The notes beneath the pieces are model-generated. The model worked only from the letters and a program-made list of their open reading frames with translations, ran no database searches and was not told the DNA's origin. A stretch of 64,000 nt of DNA, taken from Eledone cirrhosa (lineage: Eukaryota). Within the stretch, counting starts at the first letter, position 1. Each line of letters starts with the position of its first letter. Of this stretch, positions 1 through 9,938 are shown one piece after another. The stretch is from contig OZ024741.1 in NCBI GenBank assembly GCA_964016885.1, forward strand, positions 224,750,001 to 224,814,000, given 5' to 3'. Made by a program: the position numbers and the translations under genes.

Positions 1-33
1 GAGGGAGAGAAATGGAGATGGATTGCGATAGAA

Positions 34-136
34 GGGAGGGAGTGAGATGGGGAGGGAAGGGAGTGAGATTTGGAGGGAAGGCAGTGAGATTTGGGGGGAA
101 GGGAGTGAGATTTGGAGGGAAGGGAGTGAGATTTGG
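34..136. repeat. 21-bp purine-rich minisatellite (GGAGGGAAGGGAGTGAGATTT), ~5 copies
   Basis: Unit read directly in sequence; shows as GGKGVRF repeats in ORF 12..284. Confidence 0.9.
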
Positions 137-179
137 TATTCTGAACTATCGACAGATTTCAATACGGCATACAATCACA

Positions 180-349
180 ATAGCTACCACAACCACAACC
201 ACAACTAGCACCACCAGTACCACTACAACTACCATCACTACCACAACCACCCCCACCACGACAACCACCCCCACCCCACCATGACAACCACCTCCACCCC
301 ACCATGACCCCCCCACCATGACAACCACCCCCACCACGACAACCACCGC
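180..349. repeat. Degenerate (CCA/ACC)n low-complexity tract
   Basis: C/A-rich trinucleotide runs with recurring ccaccatgacaaccacc. Confidence 0.8.
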
Positions 350-925
350 TCCACTAACAGCAATACCACTATCTCCACTGCCACCTATACCACCATGAGC
401 CATCGCTACATCACTACCAATGCCACCATCCTCGTTACCATCCTTACCATCATCCATATCACCGCGCCTTATATCCCTACCACTACCACTACCACTACCA
501 CTGCCAACAATACCACTATCTCCACTGCTACCTATACCACCATGAACCATCACTGCATCTACTGCTACCAATGTCACCATCCTCGCTACCATCATCCATA
601 ACCCTCCCCCCCCCTTCTATACCACTACCACTGCCAACGATACCACTATCTCCACTGCTACCTATACCACCATGAACCATCACTGCATCTACTGCTACCA
701 ATGTCACCATCCTCGCTACCATCATCCATAACCCCCCCCCCTTCTATACCACTACCACTGCCAACGATACCACTATCTCCACTGCTACCTATACCACCAT
801 GAACCATCACTGCATCTACTGCTACCAATGTCACCATCCTCGCTACCATCATCCATAACACCCCCCCCTTCTATACCACTACCACTGCCAACAATACCAC
901 TATCTCCACTGCCACTCATACCATC
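350..925. repeat. ~127-bp C/A-rich minisatellite, ~4.5 copies
   Basis: Anchor taccactatctccactg recurs at 364, 511, 641, 768 and 895 (periods 147, 130, 127, 127). Confidence 0.9.
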
Positions 926-1295
926 AATACATAAAGGATTATTATCAGTTTGTGTAAGTTTGTTGAAGATGTTAATGACTAAATCTATCTAACAATAGAT
1001 ATTGAAGACTTGTCTCAACTATCGCTGCAGCCATTGCCGCTAATACCCCCCCCCCCACCACCACCACAGCAACCACTACGACTAACATCAAGGCATTGAA
1101 CACCACTAACACCCCCCCCACTGTCCCCTTACAGCCAAATCTCCCTCAAATTTCACCCCACTGTCATAAAAATATGGAACATATTGGACACTGTGATCAT
1201 GCGTTCCCTGCGCATAGGAAGATGATAGTGATGGTCACGGTTGGAATGTTGACCACCAGAACATATTTCCAAAATCACCACCACAATCATTCTAG

Positions 1296-1370
1296 GCATA
1301 CAAACATACATACATACATAAAAACATACATACATACAAACATACATACATACATAAATACATACATACA
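1296..1370. repeat. (TACA)n microsatellite
   Basis: Direct reading. Confidence 0.95.
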
Positions 1371-1553
1371 TTTGCGGACAAAAAGCGCAGCTCCCTAATT
1401 CATAGTCTACAAATGGCTGCGATAGCTGGCACCTTCAAAATTTGCAAAACATTCTTGCGATTCAAGGGATGACAATTTCTTTTCTTTTACAACCTTGCCA
1501 CCAGGAAGGTGGCCGGTCAAAAAAATATACTCGAAATTAAGAGAAAGAGAAAA
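1371..1553 (+). mobile_element. Heavily 5'-truncated R4/Dong-like REL non-LTR retrotransposon (copy A: last ~32 codons plus 3' UTR)
   Basis: Manual translation ADKKRSSLIHSLQMAAIAGTFKICKTFLRFKG* (stop 1470-1472) resembles the C-terminus of ORF 6523..6849 (LVRKLQVQSINGTEKICKTFQKF). Near-identical to 1846-2022 and flanked both sides by (TACA)n. Confidence 0.8.
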
Positions 1554-1616
1554 CATACATACATAAATACATACATAAATACATACATAAATATATACAT
1601 AAATATATACATACAT
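1554..1616. repeat. (TACA/TAAA)n microsatellite between retroelement copies A and B
   Basis: Direct reading. Confidence 0.9.
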
Positions 1617-2022
1617 ATCGTTGTTTGAGACCACACATTCAAAACTTGCCCTGTTGTGGAGATCAGCTGCCCACTTGATGTAAACATTGTAAGAAAAATA
1701 CATGAGGTGGAGGATATCTACGGACCATTGATAAGGAGTTTGTAGATCCAGTATCCAAGATACACCTTCAGCTTCATACCCATCATCATTGGAGCTACAG
1801 GTTATACACCAGCCCGCTTGGGCCAAAGTATGACGGAACTTGGCTTGTGGACAAAGAGCGCAGCTCCCTAATTCATAGACTACAAATGGCTGCGATAGCT
1901 GGCACCTTCAAAATTTGGAAAACATTCTTGCGATTCAAGGGATGGCAATTTCTTTTCTTTTTCAACCTTGCCACCAGAAAGGTGGCCGGTCAAAAATATA
2001 CACGAAATTAAGAGAAAGAGAA
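1617..2022 (+). mobile_element. 5'-truncated R4/Dong-like REL non-LTR retrotransposon (copy B: endonuclease C-terminal part plus 3' UTR), decayed
   Basis: Manual translation IVV*DHTFKTCPVVEISCPLDVNIVRKIHEVEDIYGPLIRSL*IQYPRYTFSFIPIIIGATGY..., then after a frameshift SLIHRLQMAAIAGTFKI. It aligns colinearly with ORF 6523..6849 (IWDRENKARAIVEVSCPADANII...IYAELMRNLQILHPDYTLRFMPVIIGA). Confidence 0.85.
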
Positions 2023-2027
2023 CATAC

Positions 2028-2030
<3 letters not shown>

Positions 2031-2107
<77 letters not shown>
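2031..2107. repeat. (CA)n microsatellite
   Basis: Direct reading. Confidence 0.95.
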
Positions 2108-2110
<3 letters not shown>

Positions 2111-2968
2111 TCATTGTGACTAAAAAAAAGATTGGATTTGCGTATGTTCTGTCATTGAATATTCAATTTTCTAATGAATCAACCTTAAATTTCAGGACAT
2201 GGCAGATACATCTGCGAAGACAAGACACAATGAGAACTTCAACACCGGATTTTCCGTGTGAAACACTACTATAAATGTGGCTCGTACAAGCTAGTCCAGG
2301 AGCATTTTTCATGCATTTTTTGGGACGGACAAATCTTTCTTCAAAGCCGATATACAAAATTGGACGAAGAAATTTGAAACCTATAGGACAGTGGAAACCC
2401 TCAATACAACGTCTGAGGACCGTCCTATCCACACAGCTACAGAGGAACGCTATGTGGAGGTCCTGGATGTCTTAAAAAATGAGCTACTAACGATGTACCC
2501 ATCTCTAATGAATAAGTACTGGTGCCAGCATGACGGAGCAAGCCCTCACACCTCTAATGAGTTGAGAGAATGGCTGAAAAATAACTTTGGAAATCGTGTG
2601 ATCGGTTTGAAGACTGATTTTGAGTTGGCTCCACACAGCCCTGATTTAAACCCCTCAGATGTATTTCTTTGGGGTTATCTGAATGATAGGGTATATGTTA
2701 ATAAAATCAGGATTATAACTGAACTAAAGGAAAACATCAGAGACGAGATCAGAGCCATCTTTAGGTCAGTTTGTAAAAACGTCAAATTTGACCATTCATC
2801 TACAAAAAAGTGTAGATTCAAATGGGCATCACTTGGAACATGTGCTGTAATTCTGAACAGAAAGGATAATGGATTTTTTAATGTTGATTTTAGTGGTTTG
2901 AACTAAATATATTCTTCGGACTTCCATCAGTTTTTGTCAAACAGGGAATGATATAGAGTCACCCTGTA
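2108..2968 (+). mobile_element. Tc1/mariner DNA transposon, DD41D (rosa/Visitor-type) spacing; internally deleted, frameshifted; right TIR present, left TIR not found
   Basis: ORF 2391..2906 has QHDGASPH...HSPDLNPSDVFLWGYL with 41 residues between the 2nd and 3rd catalytic D. N-terminal HTH-like segment from ATG 2199 across frameshifts (ELQHRIFRVKHYYKCGSYKLVQEHF...DIQNWTKKFETYRTV). Terminus ...GTCACCCTG|TA at 2966-2968 abuts (TA)n. Confidence 0.85.
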
Positions 2969-3097
<129 letters not shown>

Positions 3098-3250
3098 TAC
3101 ACGCAATGTGATTTTGAACATTATGTAACGCAGTAAGTAATATCACGAATATTGAAATAATTCAACATTCGACACCATTTGAGAATTGCCCTTCCGGCAT
3201 GATACTTCGTGCTAACGAAATGTGGCCAACTATGTATGAACATAAGTATT

Positions 3251-3371
3251 TACACATACATACACACATACATACATATATACATACGTACTACGTACAT
3301 ACATACGTACATACACACATGCATACTTACATGCATACATATACACATATATATACATATATATGTATATA
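3251..3371. repeat. Degenerate (TACA)n microsatellite
   Basis: Direct reading. Confidence 0.85.
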
Positions 3372-3757
3372 GGTAAGGATTTATGAAGCTATATTATACT
3401 TACATACACGGGTTTAAGTATTACGCGTGCAGGTGTCCGAAATAACACGTCTCAGTTCGCCTAAAAATGAGGCATATATTCATCAAAGTGCTCAATAAAT
3501 AATTAACTACCACTTACAAGAATGACAGCTAAGGCCTCTAAATGATTAATATGGAATAAAGTTTAAGAACCTAGAACACATTGCGCAAATTAAATATATG
3601 TACAATACCATACCACAGTATATAGCAGTGTTTCTGTTACCCAAAACGCGAACAAATTCATCAGCAAAATTTATGGTAGCCCCCTGAATTAAACGCTCTA
3701 GACGTTACCACACGCCCCGATTACACTATGTATATACATAGTGTAACTGGATTTTCG

Positions 3758-3881
<124 letters not shown>

Positions 3882-4600
3882 CTATAGTAATGATCAGATT
3901 TCGTTTTGGGAAAATGAAGCCCCCATATTAACTGTAAAACTAGAAATGTAGTATATAGCATAAGATGTACTGAAGGACAATGTAGAGATAAGAATATAGT
4001 GTACATAGGTGAGACAGCTCCTAGTATAGGGGAACGGATAAATGAACACTGGCGAGAGCTTCAAGATAGTAAAGAATCATCTGTACTCCACCAACATGCT
4101 AAAATAGAACATAAGGGTAAATTAGAGAACATAAAAATAAAAATAGAATCTACACACAGAAAAGACGCAATGTTTAGACAAATCACAGAGGCAATAAACA
4201 TAAATGAACTCCAACCAAAGTTAAATAGAAAACATGAATGGAACAGCAACATCACAACTTACAATTAAGGACAAAATGAAAACACACACACACATAGAAC
4301 AAACAACCAACCAGTAACATGTAAATAAATAAATAAATAAACAAATAGAAACACACACAGACACCCGGATGTAACACATGCGCAAACTAAGCACTCAACA
4401 CACACAAAAACAAGATTGCGTAGGACAGAACAAAGGAGAGGCACAAAAACAAAACAAAGAAAAGAATCCCCAGTCACTGAAGAGGTCACAGAATGTGTGA
4501 CGAAAGAACTTTGACAATATATGAACAATCGTCTGGTTGTCGAACCAACCAACCAACCGGAAATTTATAAATTCCTAAATTTATAAATTTAATTTATAAT
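3882..4600 (+). mobile_element. Penelope-like element (PLE) 3' fragment: GIY-YIG endonuclease remnant plus terminal-repeat region containing a hammerhead
   Basis: Open frame 3918-4268: NCKTRNVVYSIRCTEGQCRDKNIVYIGETAPSIGERINEH...SVLHQH...RQITEAININELQPKLNR. This gives the VVY..YIG, R..EH, E and LN motifs with the Cys/His pattern of PLE endonucleases. Hammerhead downstream at 4473-4515. 3' boundary approximate. Confidence 0.85.
4473..4515 (+). ncRNA. Minimal type I hammerhead ribozyme motif (PLE-associated)
   Basis: gtca-CTGAAGA-g-gtcaca-gaatg-tgtgac-GAA-agaact-T-tgac: stem I gtca/tgac, 6-bp stem II, short imperfect stem III. Confidence 0.7.
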
Positions 4601-4725
4601 AAATTGGAGTGAAAGCAACTGGTGCGTGTGCTTCTTATTGGCAACATGACCCTCCCAAAGCATAACAATATCGGTTTCAACAGACGTTTTCAGATAAAGA
4701 ATCTTGGTAAACAAATTCAGAAACG

Positions 4726-4727
<2 letters not shown>

Positions 4728-4798
<71 letters not shown>
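4728..4798. repeat. (TA)n microsatellite
   Basis: Direct reading. Confidence 0.95.
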
Positions 4799-4799
<1 letters not shown>

Positions 4800-5215
4800 G
4801 ATATTAAGCAAATGGAAACTATATTTATAAAACCATATTTATTTCATTATACATATTTCAGGGATACCATATTAAAAATACCATATTAAAAATAAAAAAT
4901 AAAAAATATTAAAAATATGGCATGCCTTCGTCAGATAAAATACAATATATAAACAGTTTTATAAATAATTTTGACGTACCATAAATATAAGCGACCATTA
5001 AATTAGGAAGCTGGCTTGGTAGACTACCAACCCAGCCTCCTAATTTAATGGTCGCTTATATTTATGGTACGTCAAAATTATTTATAAAACTGTTTATATA
5101 TTGTATTTTATCTGACGAAGGCATGCCATATTTTTAATATGGTATCCCTGAAATATGTATAATGAAATAAATATGGTTTTATAAATATAGTTTCCATTTG
5201 CTTAATATCGTATAT
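4794..5215. repeat. Long near-perfect inverted repeat (palindrome) centred at 5023
   Basis: Centre ttggtag-a-ctaccaa. Arms are reverse-complementary out to atatacgatattaagcaaatgg / ccatttgcttaatatcgtatat. Left arm has a ~37-bp A-rich insertion near 4880-4915. Confidence 0.95.
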
Positions 5216-5869
5216 CTACTCCAAAAACTTGTCGAGTGCTTTATATCGGTTATAAAATATTTACTTGTTGTAACCCAACAATTTAAAATTTTAAATAAAA
5301 CTTTTGCATATATATATATATATTTATATATAGATATATGTATATGTGTAAAAGGTAAGCAGAAATAACAACACAATCGGTACAGTAATATGTTTAAGAC
5401 GCTGTCTTAAACAGACGAAATTCAAAAGTAACAAGACTCACTATTTAACCTTAATAAAATGAATATATATATATATGATACACATAGATATGTGTACGTG
5501 CGTGTGTATAACATATACTATGTTTATACCATTTCCACAAAACTACATAAAACATTAAAACAATGACATTGGTAAAAGAATTCTGAAGAAAAACAACAGT
5601 CAGTGGTTTTCAGAGATCATTTCGGATATAACTGCAATATAGAATTCTCGAGAATAACTAGAAACTTTTTAACCTTCTTCTTTCTGTTTCTCTTTTGCTA
5701 TTCTATAAAGGGATGGTTTGTGTTTTTATATTATTTTTACAATTCTAGATTCTGTTCTCAATCCCGCAAAACATAATATTTTATTTTTTGTAAATTGTGT
5801 GGTACTTGCATTTCAACCCAGCCTAGCAAGAATTCCATCAAAATCTTAACAAACCATTATCCTATACGC

Positions 5870-5900
<31 letters not shown>

Positions 5901-6226
5901 TGTATGTATGTATGTATGTATGTATGTATGTATGTATGTATGTATGTATGTACGTATGTATGTATGTATGTATGTATGTATGTATGTGTGTGTGTATGTA
6001 TGTGTGTATGTATGTATGTATGTATGTATGTATGTATGTATGTATGTGTGTATGTATGTATGTATGTATGTGTGTATGTATGTATGTATGTATGTATGTA
6101 TGTATGTGTGTGTGTATGTATGTATGTATGTATGTATGTGTGTGTGTATGTATGTATGTATGTATGTATGTATGTATGTATGTATGTATGTATGTATGTA
6201 TGTATGTATGGATGGATGGATGGATG
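5870..6226. repeat. Long (TATG)n microsatellite ending in (GGAT)n
   Basis: Direct reading. Confidence 0.95.
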
Positions 6227-6263
6227 TTCTTGTGGTTTCATTATTTTATAAATGTTTACTATT

Positions 6264-6325
<62 letters not shown>

Positions 6326-9146
6326 TCAATTTCTAAGATTCTTTCATTGGGATTTAGATATCAACTAGGTAAATGTCTGCATGCATGCGCGTATTTGTGT
6401 GTGTGTGTGTGCACAAGTATGGATGTTATTGTATGTGTGGATGTGTATGTATGAGTTGTATGTGTGCATGTGCATATATGTATACATGTGTACATATGTG
6501 TATACATGTGTATATGCAGTTATTACATGCAGAATTTTTGGAATGTTTTACATATTTTTTCTGTTCCATTAATGGATTGTACTTGTAATTTCCTAACTAG
6601 TCGTGTTCTTTCTGTTTCTGTGAAGCCTAGCTTCTCAAGATTTGTATTGAGGCAGTTACGAACATACCACACTGCCCCAATAATCACAGGCATAAATCTG
6701 AGGGTGTAATCAGGGTGGAGTATCTGCAGATTTCTCATCAGTTCTGCATAAATATTCTCCTTTTCGCTAATCTTTGATATTATATTGGCATCTGCTGGAC
6801 AACTAACTTCCACTATTGCACGTGCCTTGTTTTCCCTGTCCCATATCATAATATTTGGTCTGTTATTCCTGCATTTTATTGGTGTTTTTACTGGAAAATT
6901 CTACTAGTACTCTTTCATATTATGCATATGTATGTCTTCCACATGGCTGTAACTTTTAATATGTTTATTTTCGGGGCTATCTTTTCTACAGATTGCATTG
7001 TACAGTGTTTTGGCCACTACACCATGCCACATTGGTAGATAGTACCGTGATGACATCTTTGGACAGCTGCTTATGACATGGGGACATCTTCGATGTTAAT
7101 TCTGCAGCGGCTGCATTGGTTGTCTTATCTAAGTGTTTTGCCTACATCGCTATCTCTTTTGTGAATCGGGTATTTTGTATTGATTTCCTGTTCTTGGATT
7201 GCAAAAGTATATCCTTCCAAGTGAGAGCCAATATAGCGGTTGCTGGTCCATATAGACTATTTGCTTATCTATAGTATGATTTTTTGCTGATGAACATGCA
7301 GTTTTTCATCCATATCCACTGCAGCATTGCTGAGCAATTTCACTGGGTGTGAGTTTTTGATTATCATGGAGGGAGTATCTTTCAAGGAGTTCCTTTCCAA
7401 TTCTCATGATCTTATCTGTCTCATGCAGATAGACTTGCCCGATAGATGGGCTCCTACGCTTCGAGGTTTGTAGATGTCGGAGGGATATGATACAACACTC
7501 AAATGCTGTCTGGACTGATGTTAGGCCTCTCCCTCTCTGCTTACGTTTCAGGCAGAGGCGGTCTATGTCGCTGTTGAAGTGGAAATTTCCGGTGCTGTTT
7601 AGGATATTTCGTGTTCTAATATAGATAGCTCGGATTTCATCTATCGTCTAATGGAGTATTCCGAATGTTAGTTTTAGGACAGGCCCAGCAAACACATTGG
7701 GAGCCACTGATTTATTGTGCGCAGAGATTTCAGATGACCATATTTTTCTTAATCGGGTGTATTATTCCCTGGTTATGCGTTCCTTGTTACGTGTTCCTTG
7801 GGGCCTCAGTGACATTTATTACATTACCCTCCATATCTCTGATATTTGGTTTCAACTGAATCTTTTATTAATTACTTTTCTTTCAGCCACCCTCTTCTGG
7901 TATCAAAGTTTCTCGCTGACAGCTCTGAATTCTTTTTTTGGGGGGATCAACTTGTATTGAAGAGTTCTGGTTTTACTGTCTCCATACAGAGTTTCTATTT
8001 TATTTTTCACTCTTTGTTGGCGAGGAATGTAGTTTTTTTCTTTTTTGTTTGCATGTAGAGAACATTGTCACATATAGTTTTCTGTAGGTCAGCAGTTTCT
8101 TTTCTATTTTTGTAATACATAATGGCATTTTTTGTGGTGTTTTGATTTTGTTAACATCGCTGTTATCACCAAGATAGTGTTTCATTGTCGTTGCCAAGGC
8201 ATATAAGGACGTTGATTTGCCAAACTGTAGGAGCTTAATTCATCGTAAATATTCACTCCCAATTCCATCAACAGCGCACAGAATTTCACTATTTGATTTA
8301 ATTTATATCATTCCGAGAGAGAAATGCTTATATATGATATATATAAACATTATATATTTCTCCCAGGAAAGTTTCGCTGAGGGTATATTTCAATTGTTCA
8401 TACTCTTAATTTCCCAAGCTAACGGCAGACCTTTTATTATTAACAGTGTTTTCCACAAAAGTCAAGGTAGGATCAGTTGATACGCGTGGTGTCAAATTTC
8501 TTGCCGGTAAAGTCAACAGACTGTTTGTGTATTGCTGTCGTATGTTGATGGTAGCCGCGCTGATGGAAAGTCTAGCAACATGGCGGCCTGTAGCGCGTGT
8601 TGTTGATTGCATGTTCGATCTGGGGTAACTTACATTGAATAATGTTCATGTTATTTTTACGTTCAACAAACGTTGCTTGTTGGCGAAATTGTTTAGCTTT
8701 GAAATGGTTTAGTTCTGGATGTATTTCGTCAGAGTATAGCTCCATTCTGTTCATATATCCAACAGAGAGATTTTTGTTTTCCATTTTATAACAAAGTTCG
8801 TAACTCCAAGAAAAATGCGATTTATAATTTCAGTTCCTCCTGTAGTTGCAACTAAAGAAATTTTGTTTACCTTTCACGTCGTTGTTTTATTTCGGTTCTC
8901 CGCTAATGTTGTTGATGTTGATGTTGTGTCCAGCTATGCTGCTTGTAGCAAATCCTTGTAAAATGAATTATGTATTTAGTCGGATATCTCTACGAATTTG
9001 AATAAAAGGTGTCTTCAATGAGTATAATTAGAAGAATATCCAGTTATTCAACACGGCTGGTATTTGTGGCATTACTGTCGGAGATAGTATTTATCTTAAA
9101 TTTAATGAATAGTCACCCACGGCAATATGTGTGACTGGTCGCGTTG
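6227..9146 (-). mobile_element. R4/Dong-clade REL non-LTR retrotransposon (copy C), decayed, with RT core deleted
   Basis: Minus-strand translation in order: N-terminal GYMNRM...IHPEL...QFRQQA; pre-RT QKRVAERKVINKRF; then directly thumb-region NKERITRE*YTRLRKIWSSEISAHNKSVAPNVFAGPVL..TFGILH*T; HFNSDIDRLCLKRKQRGRGL; SHLEGYTFAIQEQEINTK; CCHC knuckle CSRC..EDV.HVISSCP; REL NNRPNIMIWD..IVEVSCPAD..EK..Y. Both ends abut (TACA)n. Confidence 0.88.
6523..6849 (-). pseudogene. Restriction-like endonuclease C-terminal remnant of the R4/Dong-like ORF
   Basis: ORF track; REL motif pattern; upstream in-frame stops. Confidence 0.8.
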
Positions 9147-9287
9147 ATGTATGTATGTACGTATGTGTACGTATGTACATATATATATATATGTATGTAC
9201 ATATTTACATGTTTTAAATGCCCAAGAAACGCTACATGTCAATAGGGTGCCCCTATGTGTATATATTATATATATATGTATGTAATA

Positions 9288-9334
<47 letters not shown>
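9147..9334. repeat. (TATG)n/(TA)n microsatellites interrupted by a 43-bp unique segment
   Basis: Direct reading. Confidence 0.85.
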
Positions 9335-9335
<1 letters not shown>

Positions 9336-9384
9336 GAGTCGTAGGGGCACCTTATTGGCATATGGCGTTTCTTGGGCATTTAAA
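9213..9384. repeat. 43-bp imperfect inverted repeat (9213-9255 / 9342-9384) enclosing a (TA)n tract
   Basis: tttaaatgcccaagaaacgctacatgtcaatagggtgccccta versus the reverse complement of the right arm, tttaaatgcccaagaaacgccatatgccaataaggtgccccta (4 mismatches). Confidence 0.85.
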
Positions 9385-9472
9385 GCCTCGCGGAGCACAT
9401 CCTTCAGCAGATTTCTTCTAGTGAAAGATAGAAAGTGAGACAGGTGAAACGAGAAAGAGATATAGAAGAAGA

Positions 9473-9600
9473 ATCGACTCCAATACTTTTTTATCAACTC
9501 CGAAAGGAGGAAAAGCCAAGTTGACCTCGGCGGGATTTGAACTCAAAGAGTCGAAACGAATACCATAAAGCATTCTACCGACGTTCTAACGACTCTGCCA
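9473..9600 (-). mobile_element. tRNA-derived SINE fragment (resembles the abundant octopus SINEs)
   Basis: Minus strand: A-box-like TGGCAGAGTCGTT, B-box GAGTTCAAATCC, then GCCGAGGTCAACTTGGCTTTTCCTCCTTTCGGAGTTGATAAAA body. Family resemblance is from memory, not from a search. Confidence 0.75.
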
Positions 9601-9938
9601 ATTATACATATATCCATATCTATATCTATCAATCTATATATCTATATATCTATATATATATATATACATCTAGTAGTATTGTTTTTTGTTGTTGTTGGAG
9701 GTTACGAAGCAAGTGAAGTAACTGTATATTGCTGAGGTTGGCAAATAAAGCCATGATCAGATCAAATAGGCTACGTGTTATTATATTTTTTTTTTAAATA
9801 CCACTTCATTTTTGTTTTTAATTTTCTTTTAAAACGTCAGGTCACCAATTTAACGAAGAGTTAAAAATGAATTAAGAAATAGTTGTTAGATGGATTACCA
9901 TGAATAATAGTTGAAATAACAATAATAAGAAGAATAGG

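Noticed and set aside
1371-2022. LTR pair or TRIM (two ~180-bp direct repeats around a short interior)
   Set aside because: No TG...CA ends, PBS or PPT. The interior and repeat translate as a continuous REL endonuclease C-terminus, so these are LINE 3' ends.
2158-2185. FSNES as the first catalytic D motif (FSDE) of the mariner transposase
   Set aside because: It lies upstream of the ATG and the HTH-like region, which is the wrong order; treated as coincidence.
4660-4700. Minus-strand hammerhead-like ctgaaaac...gaaaccgat
   Set aside because: The core CUGANGA is mutated and stem II does not pair.
5391-5420. 10-bp hairpin tgtttaagac/gtcttaaaca followed by gacgaaa
   Set aside because: No upstream CUGANGA box; too short to call as a ribozyme or terminator.
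5795-6303. MYVC/HTYI-repeat ORFs, and similar YI/CV ORFs at 11165-12230 and 12851-13816
   Set aside because: Microsatellite translations
9520-9600. tRNA gene
   Set aside because: A and B boxes are present but there is no cloverleaf, and it continues into SINE body sequence.
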